From Trueperaceae bacterium (GTDB taxonomy: Bacteria > Deinococcota > Deinococci > Deinococcales > Trueperaceae), in assembly GCA_965213925.1 (NCBI GenBank), contig OZ243927.1:3744001-3808000 (forward strand): a stretch of 64,000 nt of DNA, in the 5' to 3' direction. The notes below the pieces were generated by a model. The model made no database searches. It worked only from the letters and a program-made list of their open reading frames with translations, and was not told where the DNA came from. This document shows, piece after piece, positions 38,275 through 47,393 of this stretch. A program made the translations under genes and the position numbers. Every line of letters starts with the position of its first letter. Position 1 is the stretch's first letter.

Positions 38275-39642
38275 ATGACAACACCATCATTACGCCCTGT
38301 AACTACGGTAGATGACGCCATCGAGCGCATCGGTTTAGGACGCTTTCAGTGGCGGCTTTTAGGCATCAATGGGCTAGTCTGGGCGACGGACGCGATGGAA
38401 GTCTTGATTTTAGGCTTCGCCATCCCTTCGCTCATCGTTGGCTTAGGCATTTCGGGCGTCCAAGCGGGCTACGTCGGCTCGGTCTTTTTCGGCGGGATGC
38501 TCGTCGGTGCGTGGGGCTTTGGCGTCTTAGCGGACAAGTTTGGGCGCAGGCGCATCTTTTTAATCACCGTTCTACTCGACGCCGTATTCGGTTTGCTCTC
38601 GGCGTTCTCGCCCAACCTCTTGTTCCTGCTCGTGTTCCGCTTTCTGACAGGCGCGGCGGTAGGGGGCACGCTGCCCGTGGATTACGCGGTGATGGCGGAG
38701 TATCTGCCGAGTAAGGTGCGCGGTCGGTTTTTGGTCTATCTCGAGGCGTTCTGGGCGCTCGGCACGCTCCTCATCGCCCTCATCGCCTGGGGTATCGTCC
38801 CCGCACTGCCCGACACTGGCTGGCGCTGGCTCTTCGCAATATCGGCGCTTCCGGGGCTCTTGGGCTTTTTCTTGCGGCTCTGGGTGCCCGAGTCGCCACG
38901 CTACCTCTTGCTGACAGGTCGCAAAGAGGAGGCGAAAGAGGTCCTTCAGAAGGTCGCAGACATCAATCAGGTCGAGGTCGAAATCGGTGATTTACAAGTA
39001 CAGAAGCGCACGACGACTTCGACCACCGCCGCACTCTTTGGTGGTGTTTTGCGGCGGCGCACCCTGCTCCTTTCAATCATGTGGTTTGGGCTTTCGCTCG
39101 GCTACTACGGCATCTTCGCGTGGTTGCCGCGCATCTTTGTTGAAGAGGGCTTCGCGTTTGTAAGAGGCTACGGCTACTTGGTTCTTCTGGCGCTCGCGCA
39201 GCTACCGGGCTACGCGCTCTCGGCGTACCTCTTGGAGCGCATCGGCAGACGCAGCACGCTCGCGGTGTTTCTCTTCGGCAGCGCCGCCGCCAGCATGATG
39301 TTCGCCCTCGCGACCTCTTCGGCGCTCATCGTGGGCGGCAGTATGCTGCTGAGCTTTTCGCTCTTAGGCGCGTGGGGTGCGCTCTACGCCTACACGCCCG
39401 AAGCGTATCCGACGGAGGTTCGTGCGACAGGCATGGGCTGGGCTGGCGCGATGGCGCGGGCGGCAGGCATCTTCGCCGCACCTTTAGGCGGCTACCTGCT
39501 CACGCTCTCGCTCCCGCTTGCGCTCAGCGTGTACGCGGTGAGTTTGGCAGTGGCGGGTAGCGCGGCTCTCCTTATGAGCCAGAACACGACGGGTAAACCG
39601 CTCAGTGACAGGGTACTAGGGGCGTCCGCAGGAGCGGATTAA
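38275..39642 (+). CDS. MFS transporter (NiaP/SV2-like)
   Basis: 'IGLGRFQ', 'LADKFGRR', 'PESPRYL', 'YTPEAYPTEVRATG'. Confidence 0.92.
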   Translation: MTTPSLRPVTTVDDAIERIGLGRFQWRLLGINGLVWATDAMEVLILGFAIPSLIVGLGISGVQAGYVGSVFFGGMLVGAWGFGVLADKFGRRRIFLITVLLDAVFGLLSAFSPNLLFLLVFRFLTGAAVGGTLPVDYAVMAEYLPSKVRGRFLVYLEAFWALGTLLIALIAWGIVPALPDTGWRWLFAISALPGLLGFFLRLWVPESPRYLLLTGRKEEAKEVLQKVADINQVEVEIGDLQVQKRTTTSTTAALFGGVLRRRTLLLSIMWFGLSLGYYGIFAWLPRIFVEEGFAFVRGYGYLVLLALAQLPGYALSAYLLERIGRRSTLAVFLFGSAAASMMFALATSSALIVGGSMLLSFSLLGAWGALYAYTPEAYPTEVRATGMGWAGAMARAAGIFAAPLGGYLLTLSLPLALSVYAVSLAVAGSAALLMSQNTTGKPLSDRVLGASAGAD

Positions 39643-39779
39643 GTTGGATGAGGTCTCGAGCCTCACTCCTAAACGATCTAGGATAAAGGTGTCCCGTTTT
39701 GTGTGCAGACTGACATGCAACTAAATCGCCTATAGGCGCAGCACAATCTACACAAAACGTGGTACACCGCTCAATAAAA

Positions 39780-39807
39780 AAGAGGTGAGGACAAATCCTC
39801 ACCTCTT
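39780..39807 (-). terminator. Terminator between the convergent MFS and roadblock genes
   Basis: AAGAGGTGAGGA/TCCTCACCTCTT stem with an adjacent A-tract on the plus strand. Confidence 0.8.
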
Positions 39808-39827
39808 GAAATTCAAAATCCGTGCGG

Positions 39828-40196
39828 TTAAGCCGCCACCGCCTCCGCCATCTGCGGCAAGAGCTTGCGGAGCCCGAACCGCGCCCGCCCCATATCGCTC
39901 GCCGAGCCGAGCGTCACGACGGCGACGTAGCCTTCGCCTATCGCGCCGTCTAAAGGCGTAATCAGGACCGGACCCTCATCGAATTCGATCATCGTTTGCG
40001 TGATTTCACCTTCACCTAAAAGTTCAGCTAAAACGCGACTCGACGCCATGCCACTCGTGATCAGCCCGCCTATAAAGCTCAGGTCCTGCCCGGTGCTCGA
40101 GGCTCCCTCGACGAGCTTGCCGTCTTGTCCTACCACCGCCGCGCTCGTGACGCCTTTGATAGCGAGAGCTTCGTTCAACAGTTCAGCTAAGTTCAT
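39828..40196 (-). CDS. Roadblock/LC7 (MglB-like) protein
   Basis: 'IKGVTSAAVVGQDGKLV', 'MGRARFGLRK'. Confidence 0.85.
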   Translation of the reverse strand: MNLAELLNEALAIKGVTSAAVVGQDGKLVEGASSTGQDLSFIGGLITSGMASSRVLAELLGEGEITQTMIEFDEGPVLITPLDGAIGEGYVAVVTLGSASDMGRARFGLRKLLPQMAEAVAA

Positions 40197-40542
40197 ACGC
40201 CGCTCCTAAAGCGCTCTCTAGCTGCGCCTTCGTCTTGCCGATCATCTCAGCAGCAGCCGCGCTATCTTTTTCCTCGAAGACCGCGACGAGTACGTGACTC
40301 TCTAGCGGCACGATAAACGCTTCTAAGTCCTCTAAGGAAACGCATACACGGCTCGCTGCGCCTAGCTCGAGCGACGCAAACCCCCGCCGCGCTACGTTCG
40401 CCACCGTCGCGAGTTCTGCGGCGAAAGCGTCCGAGTTGTCGTAGCCGATGACCTCGACGGGCACGCCGTCGTCCGCCAACACCGCCAGCGTGACGAGACC
40501 GTCCAGCGTCAAAAGAGGCTTGAGCGCTTCTTTGAGGGTCAT
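40183..40542 (-). CDS. Roadblock/LC7 (MglB-like) protein
   Basis: 'LDGLVTLAVLADDGVPVE'; overlaps both neighbours. Confidence 0.8.
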   Translation of the reverse strand: MTLKEALKPLLTLDGLVTLAVLADDGVPVEVIGYDNSDAFAAELATVANVARRGFASLELGAASRVCVSLEDLEAFIVPLESHVLVAVFEEKDSAAAAEMIGKTKAQLESALGAAYELS

Positions 40543-40901
40543 AGCAGCACCTCGCGAATCGCGCCACTCACTTGAGAGCTATAAAGCCGCGCTTTGCCCA
40601 AGTTGCCTGAGGCGCTCAGCACCACGAGGCAAAAGAGGTCATCTCCCAAGAGGCGCGTGTAGCCTACGACTTCGTCAGCGGAGACGATGACCTCTTTAAG
40701 ATCGCCACCCTCTAGCGCCTTCGAATAGGCGGCTTGGCTGAACGAGAGGAGGCTCGTTTGTTCAGCGGCGACGGCGGTGAGGTCGCGTTCATCGGCGGAG
40801 TACTGCTCAATAAGTAGACCGTCCATCCCGCCGACAGCAGCCGAGAGTGCACCGTCTACGTGGTTGACGAGGTAAGCGAGGATTTGGTCGAGGTCTTGCA
40901 C
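40539..40901 (-). CDS. Roadblock/LC7 (MglB-like) protein
   Basis: 'VDGALSAAVGGMDGLLIE', 'GNLGKARLY'; TACACT 6 nt before the GTG. Confidence 0.88.
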   Translation of the reverse strand: MQDLDQILAYLVNHVDGALSAAVGGMDGLLIEQYSADERDLTAVAAEQTSLLSFSQAAYSKALEGGDLKEVIVSADEVVGYTRLLGDDLFCLVVLSASGNLGKARLYSSQVSGAIREVLL

Positions 40902-41008
40902 TTAGAAAGTGTAACAAAGGGTTTCGCGCCCAGGCGTGTATTTTTCATCTTTGGGCTCGAGAAGGGTTATTACGGAAGGAGGATGTTAAGTTCTCTGCTT
41001 GAGGGAAC

Positions 41009-41077
41009 GAGTAGTCAGTAGTCAGGTATCAGAATTCAGCATTTGCCTGCGAGCTGACTACTGAATTCTGATACCTA
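41009..41077. repeat. Heptamer-repeat inverted hairpin
   Basis: AGTAGTC-like units; AGGTATCAGAATTCAG/CTGAATTCTGATACCT stem. Confidence 0.75.
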
Positions 41078-41078
41078 A

Positions 41079-41192
41079 TAGCAGGTATCATCTGGTCAGA
41101 AACACTCTCACTGTAACGAACAGTGTTTAGTACGCACATTATAGAATGATGCCTGCGTCCATTCGTCTCAGTATATTTTGGAAGTGCCACTA
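41079..41192 (+). repeat. MITE-like repeat family A, copy 4
   Basis: 114 bp TAGCAGGTATCATCTGGTCA...AATGATGCCTGCG...GCCACTA. Confidence 0.85.
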
Positions 41193-41307
41193 ACTACTTG
41201 TTCCTACCTAACACATCTCACCCTCTCCCCTACCGGTTTATAGCGGACTACAGATTCAGTGCATCAGCGCACGTCCGGGTGAGCGCAAGGTGTTATGCTC
41301 GGTCCCG

Positions 41308-42033
41308 ATGAGTCAGCTTCACGTACAAGCCGAAAAGGATGACGTTGCCCCTTTCGTCCTCTTACCAGGCGACCCCGACCGCGCGACCTTTATCGCCGAA
41401 ACGTTCTTTGATAAGCCGAAGCTCTACAACGATTACCGCCAGCTTTTGGGCTACACGGGCACGTATAAAGGGATGCCAGTCTCTGTGCAGACAACAGGCA
41501 TGGGCTGCCCGAGCCTCGCTATCGTGGTTGAGGAGTTGGTCAGACTCGGCGCGAAGACGCTCGTGAGAGTCGGCACCTCGGGCATCATCAGCCGAGAGGT
41601 CGAGCCTGGTGACCTCATCGTGGCGACAGCGTCCGTGCCGCAAGACGGCACCACGCGGATGTACTTAGGCGGCGACCCTTACGCGCCCGCTGCCTCTTTC
41701 GGCGTAACGCGGGCTCTAGCCGAAGCTGGCGCAGGAAAGAATGTGCATGTCGGACTCATTCAGACCGAAGACGCCTTTTACGCCACCACACCGGACGATG
41801 TGGAAAGGTTGGAAGCGCGGGGCGTCCTAGGCGTAGAGATGGAAGCGTCGGCGCTCTTTTTGCTCGGCAAATTGCGCAAGGTCGAAACGGGCTGCGCGCT
41901 AGTCGCCTCGAACTACATCGGCGACCCGCAGTTTGTCGAGCCGGACGTGTTAAAAAGAAGTGTGAGCGAGATGGTGGAAGTCGCGTTGGGGGCGGGTCTC
42001 GCCCTCCACCAAAATCAGCAAAAATCCCTATAA
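41308..42033 (+). CDS. Purine nucleoside phosphorylase (DeoD/Udp family)
   Basis: 'LLPGDPDRA', 'GMGCPS', 'RVGT', 'VEMEAS'. Confidence 0.92.
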   Translation: MSQLHVQAEKDDVAPFVLLPGDPDRATFIAETFFDKPKLYNDYRQLLGYTGTYKGMPVSVQTTGMGCPSLAIVVEELVRLGAKTLVRVGTSGIISREVEPGDLIVATASVPQDGTTRMYLGGDPYAPAASFGVTRALAEAGAGKNVHVGLIQTEDAFYATTPDDVERLEARGVLGVEMEASALFLLGKLRKVETGCALVASNYIGDPQFVEPDVLKRSVSEMVEVALGAGLALHQNQQKSL

Positions 42034-42056
42034 ATTCATCTATGTGAAGGAGTTTT

Positions 42057-42902
42057 ATGAAAGTAGCCGTAGTCGGAGCAGGAACGATGGGCGCAGGCAT
42101 CGCGCAAGCGTGCGCGAGCGCAGGACACGACGTTTCGCTGCAAGATGTGAACGAGTCGGCGCGTGAGCGCGGCCTCAAATCGATTGACAGTAGCCTCTCG
42201 CGCTTGGTCAAAAAGGACAAACTTTCCGAGCAGGACAAGGCGGACACGTTAGAGCGCATCGCCTTAGTCGGCGAGGTTGACAAGCTGAGCGACGCGGAAG
42301 TCATCGTCGAGGCAGTCTTCGAGAACATCAACGTCAAGCAAGAGGTCTGGACGAATTTGAGCGACGTGGCTCAGGACGACGCACTGTTGACGACGAACAC
42401 CTCGAGCCTCTCCATCACCGAAATCGCTTCGTTTGTTGACAAGCCCGAGCGCTTCTGCGGAATGCACTTCTTCAACCCCGTCGCCGTGCTCCCGCTCGTC
42501 GAAGTCGTCAACGCGCTGCAAACCAGCAATGAGACCATGCAACGCGCCAAGAGCTTCGCAGAGGGCATCGGCAAAACGCCCATTTTGTGCGAAGACAAAC
42601 CCGGCTTTATCGTCAACCGCCTTTTGATTCCTTACCTCAACGACGCCGTTCACGCGCTGAACGAGGGCGTCGCGAGCGCCGAAGACATTGACGCGGCGAT
42701 GAAGATGGGCGCGAACATGCCCATTGGACCGCTTGCGCTGATTGACTTAGTCGGCTTAGATGTCGCTTTAGCCGCCGCCGAATCGCTCTACGGCGAGTTT
42801 CAAGACCCCAAATTTCGCATCCACCCCCTCATGCGCCAGATGGTGCGAGCCGGGAAGTTGGGGCGGAAGACGGGCGAGGGGTTTTACAAATACGAGGAAT
42901 AA
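42057..42902 (+). CDS. hbd: 3-hydroxybutyryl-CoA dehydrogenase
   Basis: 'GAGTMGAGIA', 'NTSSL', 'GMHFFNP', 'PGFIVNR'. Confidence 0.92.
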   Translation: MKVAVVGAGTMGAGIAQACASAGHDVSLQDVNESARERGLKSIDSSLSRLVKKDKLSEQDKADTLERIALVGEVDKLSDAEVIVEAVFENINVKQEVWTNLSDVAQDDALLTTNTSSLSITEIASFVDKPERFCGMHFFNPVAVLPLVEVVNALQTSNETMQRAKSFAEGIGKTPILCEDKPGFIVNRLLIPYLNDAVHALNEGVASAEDIDAAMKMGANMPIGPLALIDLVGLDVALAAAESLYGEFQDPKFRIHPLMRQMVRAGKLGRKTGEGFYKYEE

Positions 42903-43030
42903 GTTAATAGCAACGAGCAATGAGTCTAAAGCCTTTGGTTTTCACTCATTGCTCATTGCCCGTTGCTACGCACATCAGAAATACGCACCCATTAGCCTCG
43001 AGACCAACCCACATTCAATAAGGAGCCCCC

Positions 43031-43858
43031 ATGTCCGACCAAACTTCCGACCAACCCCAAATCGACATCAGCGAGATCACCTCTGACTTAAAGAACCTCT
43101 CATATGAGGTCAGAGACAATGTCGCGATTATTACCATCGAACGCGAAGAGGCGCTCAACGCGCTCAACGCGGATTTGCTCTTTGAACTCGGCGTCGCCTT
43201 CGAGCTTGCCGAGGCGGACTTAGAGGTCCGCGCCGTGGTAATTACGGGCAGCGGACGCGCCTTTGTCGCGGGCGCGGATATCGCTAGCTTAAAGGCGATT
43301 TCTGATCCCTTTAGCGGGCGCGAAGCCTCTTTAGCCGGGCAAGATGTGATGAACACGCTCGCGGCGTTGCCGGTCCCGACGATTGCCGCGATTAACGGCT
43401 TCGCCTTGGGCGGCGGCTTGGAACTCGCGCTCGCCTGTGACCTCCGCGTCGCCGGGACGAAGGCTCGTTTAGGTTTACCCGAAGTCGGCTTAGGCATCTT
43501 ACCCGGCTACGGCGGCACCCAGCGCTTACCGCGCCTGATTGGACAAGGACGGGCGATGGACCTCATTTTTACCGGAAGGCACGTTCAGGCGGAAGAGGCG
43601 TTGCAGCTTGGGCTCGTGAACCGCGTGGTGGAGGATGCGCTCGAGGGCGCTTTAGAACTCGCCGCCTTGACCCTTAAAAATGCGCCCATCTCCCTCGGCT
43701 TAGCGAAAGAAGCCGTCGTAAGAGGTTACGATGTGACCATTAATCAGGGCTTGGAAATCGAAGCAGACCTCTTCGGGATGGCGGCGTCTACGGAAGACGC
43801 AACGGAAGGGATGTCGGCATTTTTGGAGAAGCGGGCAGCGGAATTCAAAGGAAAATAG
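43031..43858 (+). CDS. crt: Enoyl-CoA hydratase (crotonase)
   Basis: 'AFVAGADI', 'GGGLELALACD', 'PEVGLGILPGYGGTQRL'. Confidence 0.9.
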   Translation: MSDQTSDQPQIDISEITSDLKNLSYEVRDNVAIITIEREEALNALNADLLFELGVAFELAEADLEVRAVVITGSGRAFVAGADIASLKAISDPFSGREASLAGQDVMNTLAALPVPTIAAINGFALGGGLELALACDLRVAGTKARLGLPEVGLGILPGYGGTQRLPRLIGQGRAMDLIFTGRHVQAEEALQLGLVNRVVEDALEGALELAALTLKNAPISLGLAKEAVVRGYDVTINQGLEIEADLFGMAASTEDATEGMSAFLEKRAAEFKGK

Positions 43859-43925
43859 AAGATTGAAAATGAAAAGCTCTCTCGTTGATTGTCTGCTGGG
43901 TAACGGTGGACAGTAACACGAAAAA

Positions 43926-44387
43926 GTGAAACTTATTCGCGATAGAAAACGCACCGTAGACCTCGGTGCGTTTCTCTTGAGACCTCTTCTTGCGCATTTG
44001 ACAACTGCGTCTAAAGATGGACCCAGGGACTCCCCGGTATGGTTTTTGTGGGAAGACGAGGCGCTGTGGATGATCGGTGACAAGCAAGCTGACACCTTCC
44101 CAAAACGCATTCAAGCTGAGCCGCGCTGCGCGGTAGGGATTGTCGATTTCGATGTTTTAACTGGACGAGTGGAACATGTGGGAATGCGCGGACGTGCCGC
44201 AGTTGTTCCCTTCGAGGCGAATCGCGCTCGCAGACTGCTTCGTCGCTATTTGGGAGAGGACGAGGAAGGGTGGGACTCACGGTTTAGAGAGGCTTTAGAA
44301 AATCCCAACACGCTCCTCGTTCGCTTCATGCCGGAAACCGTCGTGGTAAGAGATGTGTCTTTCCAACCGAGTCTACCGCTGAAGTGA
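43926..44387 (+). CDS. Pyridoxamine 5'-phosphate oxidase-like (split-barrel flavin-binding) protein
   Basis: 'AHLTTASKDGPRDSPVWFLWE', 'RIQAEPRCAV'. Confidence 0.82.
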   Translation: MKLIRDRKRTVDLGAFLLRPLLAHLTTASKDGPRDSPVWFLWEDEALWMIGDKQADTFPKRIQAEPRCAVGIVDFDVLTGRVEHVGMRGRAAVVPFEANRARRLLRRYLGEDEEGWDSRFREALENPNTLLVRFMPETVVVRDVSFQPSLPLK

Positions 44388-44393
44388 GCAGAA

Positions 44394-44422
44394 AGGAGGC
44401 TCGAGTCTGACTCGAGCCTCCT
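44394..44422. terminator. Hairpin between convergent genes
   Basis: 14-bp inverted repeat AGGAGGCTCGAGTC/GACTCGAGCCTCCT. Confidence 0.65.
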
Positions 44423-44444
44423 TCACCTGACTGAATTTAACCTT

Positions 44445-44786
44445 TTACGGTTCATCCCTATCATCCACCCGCGCTGGCGGATGCGTCGCTTCAACTGCTG
44501 TAAACGCCTCTAGAATATTGTACGTGTGCGACGCCCCTTGCGGTACGAGCCACGAGTCGCCCTCTTCCAGAAGCACTTTCTGCCCCTCTAAGTGAAGCTC
44601 CGCCCTGCCGCTAATAACAAAGCCGACGGTCTCATACTCACGTTTCGCTTCGGGTTTGGGCTCGCTCGGCTCTTCAGCGTCCCACATGCGCATAGACATG
44701 CCGACACCTGAGACGAGGTAGGTCTGCCCCATGTCACCTTTCGGCGAGGTTTTAGCGTTGACTTTCTTAACGGTTGTATCGCTCAT
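44445..44786 (-). CDS. Cupin domain protein
   Basis: 'YETVGFVISGRAELHLEGQ', 'GDSWLVPQGASHTY'. Confidence 0.88.
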   Translation of the reverse strand: MSDTTVKKVNAKTSPKGDMGQTYLVSGVGMSMRMWDAEEPSEPKPEAKREYETVGFVISGRAELHLEGQKVLLEEGDSWLVPQGASHTYNILEAFTAVEATHPPARVDDRDEP

Positions 44787-44886
44787 CGTGCCTCCTTGAA
44801 TTTATCTGAAAGATGATTCAGCGGCGCTGAATGCCACTTACGGATTATGTCAAGGGTGGCACGAAGAGCAGGAGCTTGAAAGTAAG

Positions 44887-45780
44887 CTAAGGCGTGTATT
44901 TCTCTTCCAAGTAACCGACAACGGCTTGGTCGATGTAACCTGCTTCTACGGTGCGCTCCTCTAAGTTCTCCGTGCCGATAAGGTCACGAAGTGCTCTTTC
45001 AGAAGCATCATCCCAACTGCCGCGCACGTCGGTGAGGTGACCTGAGCGGACGAGGACCTTTTGCAAACGCTCGGCTAGCTCGGCGTCAATCTCTAAAATC
45101 TCATCTTCTTTAGGGCGTTCGAAAAAAAGCCGCTGTAAGCCTAAAAGCCGCTGCAACTCGCCGACAGGTTGTGGGTGGTCGTCCACGCGCAGGTCGATGT
45201 AGCGGTCATTGAAGCCGCCGTAGCCGCCCGCTTCGCGCACGACTAGAAGCGCGGCGGACTGCCGCCCGCGCTTGTCGCCACCCGCGCTGTCGCCTGCAGC
45301 TAAAGCCTTTAAGAGACGCTCGGGCAGCGCGCCTTCGGTCTCCAGGAAGGTTTGCTCGAGCCCCTCCACCACTTCGGGACCAACCAGTAAGTTTCCTTGC
45401 ACCGCGTAGTTCTCGCCGCGCTTACCGCCCGCCCAGGGATGGCACTCGTCGCCCGTAAAGGTGAGGCTGTTGCCGCCCGCGTCCACCAGACCATACTGCC
45501 GCTGCGCGTGCTGCGCGTCGGATTCAGCGAAGGCTTGGTGGATGAGGTCTAAAGAGATACCGCCCCGAATCGCCATCATGGTGCGCGGTCCGAAGGTCGT
45601 ATTGGCGTAGGACTGCGTCGCCACTGCGCCGCGCCCCGCTTCGGCGTAAGGGACGACCGCGCCGACCGCCAAAAACTTAGAGGCGGTGGCGACGCCTAAG
45701 TCACCTGTGTCGGGGTCTCTAGCGACGACGGAAAAGGTGGAAACAGGAGGAGCGGCGGGCGCGCGGGGGGACTTCTTCAT
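44887..45780 (-). CDS. DUF1028 Ntn-hydrolase-like protein with a C-terminal peptidoglycan-binding-like domain
   Basis: 'TFSVVARD...GVATASKFLAVGA', 'GGDKRGRQSAAL', 'DLRVDDH'. Confidence 0.9.
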   Translation of the reverse strand: MKKSPRAPAAPPVSTFSVVARDPDTGDLGVATASKFLAVGAVVPYAEAGRGAVATQSYANTTFGPRTMMAIRGGISLDLIHQAFAESDAQHAQRQYGLVDAGGNSLTFTGDECHPWAGGKRGENYAVQGNLLVGPEVVEGLEQTFLETEGALPERLLKALAAGDSAGGDKRGRQSAALLVVREAGGYGGFNDRYIDLRVDDHPQPVGELQRLLGLQRLFFERPKEDEILEIDAELAERLQKVLVRSGHLTDVRGSWDDASERALRDLIGTENLEERTVEAGYIDQAVVGYLEEKYTP

Positions 45781-45837
45781 GCACTGAGCCTAGCACGCAC
45801 AGCCCGCGGAGGGTGGCTAGAACGGACCGGCGGCGTT

Positions 45838-47058
45838 TTAGGGCGCATCCTCACCTTCGGCGACCCCGCCGCCGTTAGGGTTACCGCTCTTGGGTCCGAC
45901 GCTGACGGTCACGGGCTCGATATTCAGCTCGACGCGGATGACGCTGTAGTTGTCGGCGTCGCTGACGCGCCCCCAGTAGCCCATGCTTTGAGGCGTCTTG
46001 CTGAGCGTGACGCGCACGCCGTCGGCGCTAAAACTCGCCGCCGAGTTGCCGACGAAGCCGAGCCCGCTCGCGCCGTTTTCGGGGCTATCTACGAGTTGCG
46101 TCAAGAGGTCGGTCAAGACGCCCGGACCAAAGGCGTCTACGGCGAAGATATCGCCTGCGCCGTAGTAGTAGCCGACCTCTCGGGTATTGATGCGCTCGAG
46201 CCGCACCGAAAAGGTGTTCGTTTCGGGGTCGAAGCTGTCGCCGCCAGCGAGGAGGCTGATGAGGACGCCCTCGAGCGCCGCCAATTCTGCACCTAGGGGC
46301 ATCTCGATGAGCGCCACGTGCCGCTCGCCTAAAACTTGCCACGGTCCCTCTTCAGGCACGATGAGAGCGGTGTTCTCGCTGATGCCTGCGCCGAGCGGTG
46401 TGTCCGTCTCGATGAGAGCGCCGAGCAGCCGCCCTAGGTGTCCGCGCTCGATGAAATGATGGTCGAAGACGACGCCCTCTACAAACCCGAGCCCCTGCTC
46501 CAAACTCACCGTGTTCTCGCCGACGAGGAGCGTGTCGACGCTCGAGCCGCCCCCTATCATCGCCTCGCTCAGCGCCGCCGCGCCCGCGCTCGTACCCGCG
46601 ACGGGCGCGCCCGCCTCGAAGCGGGCGCGCAAGGTGGCGAGCGCAGGCGTGTCTTCCCCCTCGACCAAAAAGGCGTCGGTGATAAAGCGCTGATCGCGCC
46701 CACCCGTGAAGAAGTAGCCGCCGCAAGCGGCAATCTGATCTAAGACGGCTCCATCCGAGGTGCTTTGCGCCGCGTTGTCCGCGGAGATGTCGACGAAGAC
46801 CGGTTCCGCGCCGAAGCGCGTAAAGTCGCGGATATAAGACTGCGCGACCTCTTCGGGGTCCGCACTCGCCGTTCCGAAGATACATACCGTGTCGTTCTCC
46901 AAGCGCTCGACGAAACTGCCGTAGACCGCCTCGTTGAGAGGACTGAGCGCGCCACCGATCACGATGAGGTCGCCCGCATAGCTAGGCGTGCCAAGGAGGG
47001 CGAACAAAAGTAGTAAACATCGAGCCGTCGGCGGCACGTCGGTATCCTTCCCAGCCAC
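45838..47058 (-). CDS. Secreted cyanophycinase-like S51 peptidase; start uncertain
   Basis: Signal-like 'LLLLFALLGTPSYA', 'IGGAL', nucleophile 'GTSAGA', 'DHHFIERGHLGRL', 'GISENT'. Confidence 0.85.
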   Translation of the reverse strand: MAGKDTDVPPTARCLLLLFALLGTPSYAGDLIVIGGALSPLNEAVYGSFVERLENDTVCIFGTASADPEEVAQSYIRDFTRFGAEPVFVDISADNAAQSTSDGAVLDQIAACGGYFFTGGRDQRFITDAFLVEGEDTPALATLRARFEAGAPVAGTSAGAAALSEAMIGGGSSVDTLLVGENTVSLEQGLGFVEGVVFDHHFIERGHLGRLLGALIETDTPLGAGISENTALIVPEEGPWQVLGERHVALIEMPLGAELAALEGVLISLLAGGDSFDPETNTFSVRLERINTREVGYYYGAGDIFAVDAFGPGVLTDLLTQLVDSPENGASGLGFVGNSAASFSADGVRVTLSKTPQSMGYWGRVSDADNYSVIRVELNIEPVTVSVGPKSGNPNGGGVAEGEDAP

Positions 47059-47136
47059 TGTCTAAAGGCGTCTAAGCGCGGAAGATAGGGCGAATTAGAG
47101 TGAGGCGCGCCCGAACATCGCACCCTAGCGCGCGTT

Positions 47137-47182
47137 CACGTACGTTTATACCCAATTACCCACGTACGTTTATACCCAATTA
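47137..47182. repeat. 22-bp exact direct repeat (24-bp period)
   Basis: CACGTACGTTTATACCCAATTA at 47137 and 47161. Confidence 0.9.
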
Positions 47183-47393
47183 AAGGTAACGTGCCCATCC
47201 TACCACTGTCAATTCATCGCAACCTTAACGAACCTTCATCATAAGCGCGCTACTTACGCGCCGTAAAAGCGCGGCTGAGCGCGTTTCAGAGTCGGGGCGG
47301 TCCGCGGCGACGCCTCAACCGACGCGCCTCAGCCGACGAGACGGGTCGGCGGGCGCGGCTGTCAGCTAAAGCGTAGCCTAAGGGGTTCTTAGG

